DNA of 64,000 nucleotides from assembly GCA_964609585.1 (NCBI GenBank), contig CAZSRA010000004.1, positions 27,417 through 91,416 of the forward strand. The letters are read 5' to 3'. A model generated the notes under the pieces. It was not told the DNA's origin, did not search any database, and worked only from the letters and a program-made list of their open reading frames with translations. This stretch comes from an uncultured Candidatus Saccharimonadales bacterium (GTDB taxonomy: Bacteria; Patescibacteriota; Saccharimonadia; UBA4664). The translations under genes and the position numbers were made by a program. This document shows positions 19,830 to 30,202 of this stretch, piece by piece; within the stretch, counting starts at the first letter, position 1, and each line of letters starts with the position of its first letter.

Positions 19830-20789
19830 ATGGCAGATGATTTGAAAAAAATGACGGTGGGGCCAACGCTAAAGGCTAGGCGACAGGCATTGCGACTGAG
19901 TTTGGCGCAGGTTGAGCTGGATACGAAGATTCGGGGAAAATTTTTGACAGCGCTGGAATCGGGCAATTATGCGAGTTTGCCAAATGATATTTATTCGCGT
20001 GGATTTGTGCAGCATTACGCTAACCATTTGGGCCTGGACGGTGCGGCTGTGGCGGCGGCATATGTGAGTGAGCGAGGTGGGGTAGAGCAGGCGGACACGA
20101 AGCGACCGAGGCTGGCGCGGTCGAGGCGGCTGGTGTTTACCGGACGCATTGTGGCGGTATTTGCGGTGCTTGGGCTGGTGGTAGCGGTATTGTGGTATTT
20201 GCTCTGGCAATTTTCGGTGCTGGCGGCGCCACCAAGTTTGAGTGTGAGCTCGCCCGATGCTGACCTTGTGCTAACAGGAGAAGATATGACGGTGGGCGGA
20301 CACGCAACTCCAGGCTCGGATGTGACGGTGAATGATTCGCCGGTACTCACGGATACGGATGGGAATTTTAGTGAAAAGGTGGCTTTGCAAGACGGGGTGA
20401 ATATTATCCGCATTGCAGCTCGGAGCAAGCTGGGGAAGTCCACGGTGATTACGCGAAATGTGCTGGCAAAGTTACCGAAGGTGGATCCGGCGGCAGCAAC
20501 GGTCCCGGCGGCGGTGTTTGATGGAGTGGCGGTGGCGGTGAGCGTGCGAGAGACGACTTCGATTGTTGTGGTGGTTGATGGAGCAGAGGCATTTCGTGGG
20601 ACGTTTGTGGCGGGCAAGAGCTTGGTGTTTACTGGCAAGACAGACGTGAATGTAACGACGGGGAATGCGGGCGCGACGAGCATTATGATGACGAATAGCG
20701 TGGCGGTGAATAAGAAATTGGATCCGTTGGGCAAGGAAGGCGAGATTCGGCGGGGTCAGGATTTCGCGAAGGATACGGTAATTCCCTAG
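19830..20789 (+). CDS. rodZ: RodZ-like protein (HTH, TM, Ig-like domain, DUF4115-like C-terminus)
   Basis: VGPTLKARR...FLTALESG...YSRGFVQHYANHLGLD, TM, LQDGVNII, TGNAGA; downstream of ftsK. Confidence 0.8.
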   Translation: MADDLKKMTVGPTLKARRQALRLSLAQVELDTKIRGKFLTALESGNYASLPNDIYSRGFVQHYANHLGLDGAAVAAAYVSERGGVEQADTKRPRLARSRRLVFTGRIVAVFAVLGLVVAVLWYLLWQFSVLAAPPSLSVSSPDADLVLTGEDMTVGGHATPGSDVTVNDSPVLTDTDGNFSEKVALQDGVNIIRIAARSKLGKSTVITRNVLAKLPKVDPAAATVPAAVFDGVAVAVSVRETTSIVVVVDGAEAFRGTFVAGKSLVFTGKTDVNVTTGNAGATSIMMTNSVAVNKKLDPLGKEGEIRRGQDFAKDTVIP

Positions 20790-20853
20790 GCCCATTTGAG
20801 GCCTTAAATGGGGTCATATGCTACACTAAGCGCGACAAGGGAGGTTTTAGATT

Positions 20854-21351
20854 ATGGCTAAAGATTTTTCGTTTGATGTGGTGAGTGATTACGACGTGGC
20901 CGAGATGGGCAATGCCGTGGATCAGGCGCAGCGTGAGCTAGGTCAGCGATTTGATTTTAAGGGGACGGCCGCTAAGCTGGAATTTTCGGACGGGAAGACC
21001 GGGGTACAGATTGAGGGTGAATCGCGCAACCAGTTGGATTCAATTTTGGACATGTTTCAGAGCAAGTTGGTGAAGCGAGGGGTGTCACTGAAGGTATTGG
21101 ATATGAGCCGCGAGCCAGTGCAGGGCGGCAAGGAAATGCGCTGGAACGTGCCTTTTAAGAAGGGACTTGATCAGGACAAGGCGAAGCAGATTACTAAGTT
21201 GATTCGCGATCAGTATCCTAAGGCGAAGGCTCAGATTCAGGGGGATGCGGTGCGGGTGAGTTCTACGAGTAAGGATGACTTGCAGGGGGTAATGGCGGCG
21301 CTTAGGGAGGCGATATTTGATTTTCCGCTGGATTTTCAGAACTATCGTTAA
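20854..21351 (+). CDS. yajQ: YajQ-family nucleotide-binding protein
   Basis: SFDVVS, NAVDQAQRE..RFDFKG, AQIQGDAVRV, KDDLQ, FQNYR. Confidence 0.93.
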   Translation: MAKDFSFDVVSDYDVAEMGNAVDQAQRELGQRFDFKGTAAKLEFSDGKTGVQIEGESRNQLDSILDMFQSKLVKRGVSLKVLDMSREPVQGGKEMRWNVPFKKGLDQDKAKQITKLIRDQYPKAKAQIQGDAVRVSSTSKDDLQGVMAALREAIFDFPLDFQNYR

Positions 21352-21443
21352 GGGTTTTTGAGTTCTTCTGGGGAAATGTTGACTTACGGTTTTTGTTCGG
21401 TTACCATAGACCCATATAGATAACCAGATCAAAGGACGATACA

Positions 21444-22508
21444 ATGAGCACTGAAGTAGCGGAGAAGGTAGTGATGGAATCCAAGGCAGAGAAGGCGGCT
21501 AAACCGGATAAGACGACAGCCGAGAAAACCGAACGGCTAAAAGCGATTGATCTGGCTATGGCGCAGATTGAGAAGCAGTTTGGTGCTGGTTCTATTATGA
21601 AGCTGGGTGAGGCGCACAAGATTGATGTAGCGACGATTCCCACTGGCTCGTTGTCGCTGGACCTAGCTTTGGGTGGGGGATTGCCGCAGGGTCGGATTAT
21701 TGAGATTTATGGGCCGGAATCGAGCGGTAAAACTACTCTCGCTTTGCACGCGGTGGCTGAAGTGCAGAAGTCGGGCGGAGTGGCTGCGTTTATTGACGCA
21801 GAACACGCTTTGGATCCGGAATATGCGGCGCGGATTGGGATTAATTTGGATACGCTTCTCATTTCGCAACCAGATACTGGTGAGCAGGCACTGGAGATCG
21901 TAGAGACGCTGGTGCGGTCTTCGGCCGTGGATATTGTAGTAGTAGATTCCGTGGCGGCCTTGGTACCGAGAGCTGAAATTGAAGGCGACATGGGTGATGC
22001 TCATGTGGGCCTGCAGGCACGACTTATGAGCCAAGCTTTGCGTAAGCTTACAGGTGTCATTTCGAAGAGTAAGACGACCGTGGTGTTCATTAACCAGTTG
22101 CGTCTCAAGATTGGCGTGATGTTCGGCAACCCTGAGACGACGGCTGGTGGGCAGGCACTTAAGTACTATGCTTCGGTGCGAATGGATATTCGTGGATCGG
22201 AGCAGATTAAGGACGGTGATTTGTCGATCGGTAAGCATGTGAAGGTGAAGATCGTTAAAAATAAGGTGGCAGCGCCTTTTAAGGTGGCTGAGTTTGACAT
22301 CATGTTTAACGAGGGCATTTCCACCGCTGGCGATTTGATTGATCTAGCGGTGAAGTTTGATCAAGTAGCTAAGAGTGGCGCTTGGTATTCTTATAAAGAT
22401 GAGAAGATTGGGCAGGGCCGGGAAGCGGCTAAGCAATTCTTGAAGGATCATCCCGAGATCATGAAGACGCTGGATGCTAATATTCGTAAGCTGGCTCAGG
22501 CCAAGTAA
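21444..22508 (+). CDS. recA: Recombinase RecA
   Basis: [42 protein letters not shown]. Confidence 0.99.
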   Translation: MSTEVAEKVVMESKAEKAAKPDKTTAEKTERLKAIDLAMAQIEKQFGAGSIMKLGEAHKIDVATIPTGSLSLDLALGGGLPQGRIIEIYGPESSGKTTLALHAVAEVQKSGGVAAFIDAEHALDPEYAARIGINLDTLLISQPDTGEQALEIVETLVRSSAVDIVVVDSVAALVPRAEIEGDMGDAHVGLQARLMSQALRKLTGVISKSKTTVVFINQLRLKIGVMFGNPETTAGGQALKYYASVRMDIRGSEQIKDGDLSIGKHVKVKIVKNKVAAPFKVAEFDIMFNEGISTAGDLIDLAVKFDQVAKSGAWYSYKDEKIGQGREAAKQFLKDHPEIMKTLDANIRKLAQAK

Positions 22509-22511
22509 GTA

Positions 22512-23129
22512 GTGCCGGTAGTCACCGACATCAAAAAGCAGCGACGGGTTGGTTCGAATAGATTCAATGTGTCGATTGACGGAGTTTATGCGTTTACGAT
22601 TTCAGACTTAGATTTAAGTATGAGTAGTTTGCGAATTGGGAGCGAGCTTACTCCAGCAGAGTTGGAAGAATATAAACAAAATGCAGATGAAGCCAAGGCT
22701 TATGCCTTGGCTCTTCGCTTTTTGGGTGTACGCCTAAGAAGCCGGCGAGAGTTGCAGGATTATTTGGTGCGCAGGGGCTGTGAACCAGACGAGTCGGAGG
22801 TGGCGCTGGAACGCTTAGAAAGATTGGATCTCGTAGATGATACGCGTTTTGCTAGGGCTTGGATTGCCGATAGACAAGCACTTAGGCCTCGGAGCAAGTT
22901 GCGGCTAGCGCAAGAATTGATGGCAAAGGGTGTGGCACGAGAAATAATTGACCAGGTTCTTCGTGAAGTGGAGCCTGATGGTGAGCTAGAAGCACTGAAG
23001 ACATTGATTGGACGTAAGCGTCGATTGGCGCAGTATCAAGACGCGAACAAGCTTACGGCCTACTTGCAGCGACAAGGTTATCGCTGGGAGCTTATTAAAA
23101 ATGCCTTGGAGGTGGTGGAATTAAACTAA
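22512..23129 (+). CDS. recX: RecA regulator RecX
   Basis: ALRFLGVRLRSRREL, DDTRFARAWI, LAQELMAKGV, YLQRQGY; follows recA. Confidence 0.92.
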   Translation: MPVVTDIKKQRRVGSNRFNVSIDGVYAFTISDLDLSMSSLRIGSELTPAELEEYKQNADEAKAYALALRFLGVRLRSRRELQDYLVRRGCEPDESEVALERLERLDLVDDTRFARAWIADRQALRPRSKLRLAQELMAKGVAREIIDQVLREVEPDGELEALKTLIGRKRRLAQYQDANKLTAYLQRQGYRWELIKNALEVVELN

Positions 23130-23272
23130 GTGCAGGCTGATAAAGCTTAGTTGGCGGTGACGAGGCGGTAAACAAGAACAAATGCTACAGCCCAAATAGC
23201 TAGAATAATTAACACAGGGAACTTCTGTTTATCTAAGGCGAGTTTAGCTTAAGGGATTTGTGAAAGCAATCA

Positions 23273-23809
23273 CTAAACTTCGGGCAAAGAATCGCTTGAG
23301 AGTAGGGGGCCGGTGGCTGTGGCATCGCGAACCGTGATCCGTTCTGGGGTGATGTCGAGAATTTGAGAGCGATCGATTAAGAGACTTGAACCAAACCAGG
23401 CTTGGAAGAGCGATTTGTAGACATGAAGCTTTTGAACTCGATTTGTATCAAGGTTGATCGTATAGTCACTTACGATTCCGAGTTTGTGATCGGAATCGGT
23501 TACAACTGGCTGGCCGATTGGGGAGTAATGGGTGCTCATGTTTGCCGTAAATCGAACAATATCGCTGGGATCAGTTAGTGCGTCCTCGTCGTCAATAATG
23601 AGGCAGTCGGGAGCGTATTGGCGAATATCGCTAGGCATGAGGAGGAGTCGCCTGGCGCGCGAACTTTGGCATAGGAGCGCTACTATTTCAAGAGTGCTGA
23701 TTTCAAGAATCGGTTGATTGACTAAGGCCACTGCTTGACCCGTTTGCAGACTAATAATAGGTTGGCCTGTAAGCTGGCTGAGCAGAGAATACATGCGCTC
23801 ATTGTACAC
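23273..23809 (-). CDS. Tandem PRC-barrel-like protein
   Basis: LTGQPIISLQTG and IGQPVVTDSDHKLGIVSDYTIN...LLIDRSQILDIT repeats. Confidence 0.75.
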   Translation of the reverse strand: MYNERMYSLLSQLTGQPIISLQTGQAVALVNQPILEISTLEIVALLCQSSRARRLLLMPSDIRQYAPDCLIIDDEDALTDPSDIVRFTANMSTHYSPIGQPVVTDSDHKLGIVSDYTINLDTNRVQKLHVYKSLFQAWFGSSLLIDRSQILDITPERITVRDATATGPLLSSDSLPEV

Positions 23810-23869
23810 CTCGAATCTGGTCGTTTAGGACAAGAGTTTGGTTGACTATATTGGCAAACTTGGTTACAA

Positions 23870-23964
23870 TTGGTTAGTTTTACAACTAATTAACCTTTTT
23901 ACGTGCGTAGTAAAAACGTACGTAACTGCGGGTTTTAAACCCCGGTTTCCAAAGAAAGGAAGCA
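23870..23964 (+). promoter_or_regulatory. Structured rpsF leader, possible S6:S18 autoregulatory RNA
   Basis: TTGACT...TACAAT promoter at 23842-23870, then stems (TACGTGCGT/ACGTACGTA, GGGTTT/AAACCC) and a CCC near the SD; position matches the known motif. Confidence 0.35.
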
Positions 23965-24330
23965 ATGCAAAAAACATACGAATTAGTAGTGCTCTTGCAC
24001 CCCGACCTTGAGATTGACGTGGAAGCGCCGATCGCGAAGGTAGAGGGGCTTGTAGCGGCTGTGGACGGGAAGGTCCTGAAGCGTGATAACTGGGGCAAAA
24101 AGCGCCTGGCTTATCGAATTGCGCGTCAGGATTTTGCGATTTATGTCTACTTTGAACTGGAGCTCGAGCCTGAAAAGGTGCAGGAGCTTGATCGAACTAT
24201 TTTGATCACTGAAGAGGTGTTGCGACACATTTTGGTGGTGCACGAGGAAAATCCGACTCGTAGTGAAGCGAAGGCGAATGAGAAGGCTGAGAAGAAGCCT
24301 GAAGTAACGGTCGAAGAGGGAGCTGAATAG
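23965..24330 (+). CDS. rpsF: 30S ribosomal protein S6
   Basis: YELVVLLHPD, WGKKRLAYRI, VLRHILV. Confidence 0.97.
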   Translation: MQKTYELVVLLHPDLEIDVEAPIAKVEGLVAAVDGKVLKRDNWGKKRLAYRIARQDFAIYVYFELELEPEKVQELDRTILITEEVLRHILVVHEENPTRSEAKANEKAEKKPEVTVEEGAE

Positions 24331-24333
24331 AAG

Positions 24334-24798
24334 ATGGCAAAGAGCTTTAACCAAGCAATCATCATGGGTAATCTAACGCGTGACCCAGAGCTACGGTCGA
24401 CGCCAGGCGGTCAGCAGGTGGCATCATTTTCGGTTGCTACGAACCGGACCTGGATGGACGGTAGTGGCGAACGCAAAGAGGCCGTAGAATACCATGAGAT
24501 TGTGGCTTGGGGAAAGCTCGGAGAACTGGCGGCTCAGTATCTAGCCAAGGGTCGTAAAGTGATGGTGGTGGGCCGCTTGCAGACCCAGAGCTGGGAAAAA
24601 GATGGAGTGAAGCGTCAGCGTACTGAGATTGTGGCAAGTGACGTTAACTTCTTGGACGGTCCCGGCGGGGCGCCCATGGGTGGCGGTGCAACCGGCTCTT
24701 CTGCTGGGGGATCAGCTCACTCGTCCAAGTCTGACGACGTGGTGATCCAGGATCTGGACGCTAACTCTAATATTAATCTAGACGATATTCCGTTTTAA
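24334..24798 (+). CDS. ssb: Single-stranded DNA-binding protein
   Basis: GNLTRDPELR, OB fold, C-terminal DDIPF. Confidence 0.98.
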   Translation: MAKSFNQAIIMGNLTRDPELRSTPGGQQVASFSVATNRTWMDGSGERKEAVEYHEIVAWGKLGELAAQYLAKGRKVMVVGRLQTQSWEKDGVKRQRTEIVASDVNFLDGPGGAPMGGGATGSSAGGSAHSSKSDDVVIQDLDANSNINLDDIPF

Positions 24799-24812
24799 CT
24801 TAAGGAAATTTG

Positions 24813-25031
24813 ATGGCTAATTTTTATTCAAAAAAGGTTTGTCGGTTTTGCGCCGAGAAGGTTGAATACATTGATTATAAGGACGTGAAGCTTTTGCAGC
24901 GCTATCTTTCGAGCTACGGCAAGATTGAGGGCCGTAAGCGCACTGGTAATTGCTTGCGCCACCAGCGTCGAGTCGCTGTGGCTTTGAAGCGTGCACGCCA
25001 CATTGCTTTACTACCGTTTACGGTTCGGTAA
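24813..25031 (+). CDS. rpsR: 30S ribosomal protein S18 (zinc-binding type)
   Basis: [25 protein letters not shown]. Confidence 0.97.
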   Translation: MANFYSKKVCRFCAEKVEYIDYKDVKLLQRYLSSYGKIEGRKRTGNCLRHQRRVAVALKRARHIALLPFTVR

Positions 25032-25037
25032 TCCGGC

Positions 25038-25607
25038 ATGGCAACGGTTTACGGGCACACAGATCTGAAGATTGGGGTACTGGTGGAGCTGGATGGCGCA
25101 CCGTACCGTGTAACTGATTATTCGCACCATGCGATGGGTCGCGGCGGAGCAGTCGTTCAGGTGAAGCTAAAGAATTTGCTCACTGGTGGTGTAGTGGAGA
25201 AATCTTTCCGGAGCTCGGATAAGATTCAGCCGGCTGATGTGTCGCGGGTGAATATGCAGATGCTGTACCGCGAAGGCGACAATTTAGTGTTTATGAACAA
25301 CGAAACCTACGACCAGGAAACGGTGAGTACGGACGTGCTCGGCGATCAGGCGAAATATGTGGCCGATGGTACGGCCGTGCAGCTGCAGATGTTTAACGGG
25401 CGCGTGATTGGCCTCGATATTCCGAACGCGGTTTATTTGGAAGTAGTGGCGACTGAGCCGGGTGTGCGCGGGGATACTGCGACGGCGGCGCTGAAGCCGG
25501 CAACGCTTGAGACAGGTGTGCAGCTGATGGTGCCGCTTTTCATCAACGAAGGTGACAAGATTAAGGTGAATACGCTTTCAGGAGCTTATTTGGAGCGTCA
25601 GAAGTAA
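25038..25607 (+). CDS. efp: Elongation factor P
   Basis: VKLKNLLTG, FMNNETYDQ, TEPGVRGDTA, KPATLETG, VPLFINEGD. Confidence 0.97.
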   Translation: MATVYGHTDLKIGVLVELDGAPYRVTDYSHHAMGRGGAVVQVKLKNLLTGGVVEKSFRSSDKIQPADVSRVNMQMLYREGDNLVFMNNETYDQETVSTDVLGDQAKYVADGTAVQLQMFNGRVIGLDIPNAVYLEVVATEPGVRGDTATAALKPATLETGVQLMVPLFINEGDKIKVNTLSGAYLERQK

Positions 25608-25615
25608 GGGCTGAT

Positions 25616-26374
25616 ATGGCCAAGCTACGGCTGGACGTTTTGATGGTGGAGCGGGGACTGGCAGCAACACGCAGCCAGGCTCAGGCTTTGATTATGGCGG
25701 GACAGGTGTCGGCGGATGGCAAGCGGTTGGATAAGCCGGGTATGTCGATTGATGCGGGTGCCGCGCTGCATGTGAAGGATCAGCCACGGTATGCGAGCCG
25801 GGCCGGGGATAAGCTGGCCTCGGTGGCCGAGGGGTTTAACCTCGACTTTGGAGGCAAGATAGTGCTCGATGTGGGCTCATCTACGGGTGGTTTTACCGAT
25901 TTTGCATTGCAAAATGGGGCGACAAGAGTGTACTGCGTGGATGTGGGGACGGGCCAGTTGGCGTATAAACTGCGTCAGGACGAGCGGGTGGTGGTGATGG
26001 AGCAGACGGATATTCGGGACGTGACGGTGGGCGAGGGGCCAAAGGGCATTCCGGAGCCTGCAGATATGGCGGTGATGGATGTGTCGTTTATATCGCTGAC
26101 GAAGGTGCTTGAAGTTACTGGAGCGTTGGTGAAGCCTGGTGGGGCGATTGTGGCGATGGCAAAGCCGCAATTTGAGGCGGGTAAGTTGCTTGCGGACAAA
26201 TATCACGGTGTGATTCCGATAGGGCCTGAACGCGATGAGGTGTTGAGGGAGCTGCGAGAGTGGATCCGCGAACAGTTTGAGATTGTGGCCGAGGCTGATT
26301 CGGGTTTGAGTGGCGCTGAGGGGAATGTGGAGCATTTTTTTAATTTGAGGAATATTACGGGCAATGGCGAATAA
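25616..26374 (+). CDS. tlyA: TlyA-family rRNA 2'-O-methyltransferase
   Basis: S4 domain [43 protein letters not shown]. Confidence 0.95.
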   Translation: MAKLRLDVLMVERGLAATRSQAQALIMAGQVSADGKRLDKPGMSIDAGAALHVKDQPRYASRAGDKLASVAEGFNLDFGGKIVLDVGSSTGGFTDFALQNGATRVYCVDVGTGQLAYKLRQDERVVVMEQTDIRDVTVGEGPKGIPEPADMAVMDVSFISLTKVLEVTGALVKPGGAIVAMAKPQFEAGKLLADKYHGVIPIGPERDEVLRELREWIREQFEIVAEADSGLSGAEGNVEHFFNLRNITGNGE

Positions 26375-28241
26375 ACCAGACTACTACAAGCAGGCAGCCG
26401 AAGATCGATTAGGTTTCTGGGAGGCGCAGGCTAAGCGCTTAAGCTGGGCTACGCCCTGGACGCAGGTGCTGGACTGGCAACCGCCGTTTGCGAAATGGTT
26501 TGTGGGTGGGAGCTTGAATGTGGCTTATAACTGTGTGGACCGACACGTGGAAGCGGGCAATGGTGACCGGGTGGCGATTTATTTTGAGGGTGAACCGGGC
26601 GACAGGCGGATAATAACGTATGCGGATTTGCAGGCGGAGGTGAGCCGGGCGGCAAATGCTTTAACGGCGCTTGGGGTGGTGAAGGGCGACCGGGTGGCGA
26701 TTTATATGCCAATGATTCCAGAAGCGGCGGTCGCGATGCTGGCGTGTGCTCGGATTGGCGCGCCGCATACGGTGGTGTTTGGCGGGTTTTCGCCGGATTC
26801 GTTGCGGACGCGGATTGAGGACGTGGGTGCGAAACTGGTGATTACGGCCGACGGCGGTTACCGCAAAGGGGTGCCCAGCGCGTTGAAACCGGCTGTGGAC
26901 GAAGCAGTGGCTGAGGTGCCAGCGGTAGAGCATGTGCTGGTGGTGAAGCGCACAGGACAGTCGGTGGCTTGGACGGAGGGGCGCGACGTGTGGTGGGACG
27001 ACGTGGTGGGCAGGGCGAGCTCTGAGCACACACCGGAGGCGCACGACTCTGAGCATCCACTGTTTGTGCTCTATACATCCGGAACGACGGCTAAGCCGAA
27101 GGGCATAATGCATACGACTGGTGGGTATCTAGCGCAGACTGCTTTTACCCACAAAATTGTTTTTGATCTGGAAAATGATAGGGACGTGTACTGGTGCACG
27201 GCTGATGTGGGCTGGATCACTGGGCACTCGTATGTGGTGTATGGGCCGCTTGCGAACGGGGCGACGCAGGTGATGTATGAAGGAACGCCGGACACGCCGA
27301 ATCAGGGGCGTTGGTGGGAAATTATCCAGAAATATGGGGTGACGATTTTGTATACGTCGCCGACGGCGGTGCGGACTTTCATGAAATGGGGCGATGACAT
27401 TCCGGCGCGGTACGATTTGAGCTCGATCCGGCTGCTGGGTTCGGTGGGGGAACCGATTAATCCGGAGGCATGGCTGTGGTACCGAAAGCACATTGGTGCT
27501 GGTACGGCCCCGATCGTGGATACATGGTGGCAGACGGAGACGGGTGCGATCGCGGTGAGTCCGCTGCCGGGTGCTGAGGCCAAACCAGGAGCGGCCATGA
27601 GGGCGCTGCCGGGCATGAGCGTGGATGTAGTGGATGAGGCTGGTAAGCCGGTGCCTAAGGGCGAGAGCGGCTACATTGTGCTCACTGAGCCGTGGCCGTC
27701 GATGTTGCGCGGCATTTGGGGCAATCCTGAACGGTATAAGGATACGTACTGGTTGCGTTTTGCAGGTATGTACTTCCCGGGCGACGGGGCTAAGCGCGAT
27801 GAGGATGGCGACATTTGGCTGCTCGGCCGGGTGGACGACACCATGAACGTGAGTGGGCACTTGCTTTCGACGGCTGAGATTGAGTCGGCGCTAGTGAGCC
27901 ACGCGGCGGTGGCTGAGGCAGCGGTGGTGGGTGCGAGCGACGCCACGACGGGCCAGCGGGTGGTGGCATTTGTGATTTTGCGGGCAGATGCGGACGCTAG
28001 TGATCTGGCGGTGCTGGTGGAGGCCTTGCGCAAGCATGTGGGCCGTGAGATTGGCCCGATTGCCAAGCCGAAGCAGATTATCGTGGTGCCAGAATTGCCG
28101 AAGACGCGCTCGGGCAAGATTATGCGCCGACTGCTGCGCGATGCGGTGGAGCATCATGCTATGGGCGATGTGACGACGCTGATGGATAGTTCGGTGATGG
28201 AGGCGATTGCGGCGGCGTTGAACTCAACGAACGCTGCTTAA
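26364..28241 (+). CDS. acs: Acetate--CoA ligase (AMP-forming)
   Basis: [51 protein letters not shown]. Confidence 0.97.
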   Translation: MANKPDYYKQAAEDRLGFWEAQAKRLSWATPWTQVLDWQPPFAKWFVGGSLNVAYNCVDRHVEAGNGDRVAIYFEGEPGDRRIITYADLQAEVSRAANALTALGVVKGDRVAIYMPMIPEAAVAMLACARIGAPHTVVFGGFSPDSLRTRIEDVGAKLVITADGGYRKGVPSALKPAVDEAVAEVPAVEHVLVVKRTGQSVAWTEGRDVWWDDVVGRASSEHTPEAHDSEHPLFVLYTSGTTAKPKGIMHTTGGYLAQTAFTHKIVFDLENDRDVYWCTADVGWITGHSYVVYGPLANGATQVMYEGTPDTPNQGRWWEIIQKYGVTILYTSPTAVRTFMKWGDDIPARYDLSSIRLLGSVGEPINPEAWLWYRKHIGAGTAPIVDTWWQTETGAIAVSPLPGAEAKPGAAMRALPGMSVDVVDEAGKPVPKGESGYIVLTEPWPSMLRGIWGNPERYKDTYWLRFAGMYFPGDGAKRDEDGDIWLLGRVDDTMNVSGHLLSTAEIESALVSHAAVAEAAVVGASDATTGQRVVAFVILRADADASDLAVLVEALRKHVGREIGPIAKPKQIIVVPELPKTRSGKIMRRLLRDAVEHHAMGDVTTLMDSSVMEAIAAALNSTNAA

Positions 28242-28248
28242 AGTTTTT

Positions 28249-28998
28249 TTAAGCGTACTGCTCGATGATGGCAGCGAGGCCGTCTTCATTTACGGGTAGG
28301 GCTATGACGTCTGCGACAGCTTTGAGGCCCGGCGTAGCATTGCCCATAGCTACTTTTAAACCGACGGAATTGAAGAGGTGGATATCGTTGTCGCCGTCGC
28401 CTACACCGATGGCCTGATCGGGATGAATCTTGAGCGCGCTTAGGACTTTGGCCACAGCCTGCTCTTTGGTGGCATTGCGATGAGTGATGAGCATGGCAAA
28501 GTTTTCGCCAGACCAGTCGGGGGCTAGACTGGCGGCGACATCTGGGATGGTTTCGAAAGTTTGCTTCAAGGCGATTGCAGTGGCGGCCGGAACTTGGCCA
28601 ACGAAAATAATGCCAACATGTTTTGTCCGATGGATGCGAGCGGTGATGTCGGAGACATGGACGGGGTCATCGTCGAGCGTAATTTTATAGGGATGAGTCT
28701 CAAGGATAGCTAAAATGGCTGTAACTGCGGTGGGTGCGAGGTAAGTGCGATGGATAATGTTGCCACTGGTAGGATCAATAATGACAGTGCCGCCGGAGAT
28801 AACGCAGAGATTGGTTATTTGGAGCGCCTTGATGATGGGCAGGGCGTAGCTTGGGGTGCGGCCAGTGGCGGCAAACATTTGAATGCGGTTTTGGTATTTG
28901 GTGATAGTGTCGACGAGGCGGCGGGATGGGAAGCCGTCCCAAGAGTTTGGAATGGCAGTGCCATCGAGGTCGAAGACTATGGCTTTATAACTAGACAT
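28249..28998 (-). CDS. Cof-like HAD hydrolase
   Basis: FDLDGT, ATGR, GDGDND...AMGNA. Confidence 0.92.
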   Translation of the reverse strand: MSSYKAIVFDLDGTAIPNSWDGFPSRRLVDTITKYQNRIQMFAATGRTPSYALPIIKALQITNLCVISGGTVIIDPTSGNIIHRTYLAPTAVTAILAILETHPYKITLDDDPVHVSDITARIHRTKHVGIIFVGQVPAATAIALKQTFETIPDVAASLAPDWSGENFAMLITHRNATKEQAVAKVLSALKIHPDQAIGVGDGDNDIHLFNSVGLKVAMGNATPGLKAVADVIALPVNEDGLAAIIEQYA

Positions 28999-30064
28999 TG
29001 AACCGAAACTCTACGACATCGCCATCTTGCATAATGTAGTCTTTGCCCTCGAGGCGGGCTTTGCCGGCAGCTCGAGCAGCGGGTAGTGAGCCGGTGGCTA
29101 TGAGGTCGGGGTAGCTGACGATCTCCGCCTTAATGAAGCCTTTTTGGAAATCGGTGTGGATGATACCAGCGGCTTCGGGGGCGGTGGCACCTTGGGGGAT
29201 AGTCCAGGCTCGAACTTCTTTAGGGCCGGCGGTGAGGTAGGTTTGGAGGCCAAGGGTTTCAAAGCCGGTACGTGCTAGCTGGGAAAGGCCAGATTCAGCA
29301 GCGCCGAGGTCTTTAAGGAGCTCGGATGCTTCTTCATCCGGCAAGTCGATGAGCTCCGATTCTATTTGTGCGCACAAGAAGATTGCGCGGGCTGGGCTTA
29401 CGATTGAGAGCAGTTCTTGTTGAATACTTTTATTGTTCAAATCTTGTTCATTTATATTGAACACATAAATAAATGGCTTGGCAGAGAGTAATTGTAGATC
29501 CTGCAAAAGAGTCAGATCTATTTTTGATCCATACAAAACTTGTCCAGAATCGAGAATTTGGCGAGCTTTGGTGGTAGCTTCGAGGGCTGCAGCGAAGGTT
29601 TTGGGATCGCGTTTGGCGTCGCTTTCGAGACGTTTGAGACGAGCATCAATGGTGGCGAGATCAGCCAGGATTAACTCGGTGTTGATGGTTTCGATGTCGC
29701 GTTTGGGGTCGGTGGTGTCGTCCACGTGGAGTACATTGGGATCGGAAAAAGCGCGAACGACTTGCACAATGGCGCTGCATTCGCGGATGTGGCTGAGGAA
29801 TTTATTGCCCATGCCCTGACCAACACTTGCACCCCGGACGATGCCGGCAATGTCGACGAAGGTGACGGGAGCGGGGACGATTTTTTCGGTTTGGTAGAGC
29901 TTGGCGAGCTCGTTTAGGCGTGGATCAGGAAGGGCCACGATACCAACATTGGGTTCGATGGTGGCGAAGGGGTAGTTTGCGGCTAGAACGTTATTTTTGG
30001 TGAGGGCGTTGAAGAGGGTAGATTTGCCGACGTTGGGGAGGCCGACGATACCGAGGGATAGCAT
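28991..30064 (-). CDS. ychF: Ribosome-binding ATPase YchF
   Basis: GLPNVGKST, NYPFATIEPN, DIAG, AAGIIHTDF, EGKDYIMQDGDV. Confidence 0.98.
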   Translation of the reverse strand: MLSLGIVGLPNVGKSTLFNALTKNNVLAANYPFATIEPNVGIVALPDPRLNELAKLYQTEKIVPAPVTFVDIAGIVRGASVGQGMGNKFLSHIRECSAIVQVVRAFSDPNVLHVDDTTDPKRDIETINTELILADLATIDARLKRLESDAKRDPKTFAAALEATTKARQILDSGQVLYGSKIDLTLLQDLQLLSAKPFIYVFNINEQDLNNKSIQQELLSIVSPARAIFLCAQIESELIDLPDEEASELLKDLGAAESGLSQLARTGFETLGLQTYLTAGPKEVRAWTIPQGATAPEAAGIIHTDFQKGFIKAEIVSYPDLIATGSLPAARAAGKARLEGKDYIMQDGDVVEFRFNV

Positions 30065-30202
30065 GTAAGATACCTATTCATTTTTGAACTTAAGATAGAC
30101 ATTATCTCATAATGAAGTCGTGAGTGACAAATGTTGGCTTATATAGCATAATATGCCGGCACCTACAAAATACCCAACAATCTTTCTGCAACTTCTCGGA
30201 AG

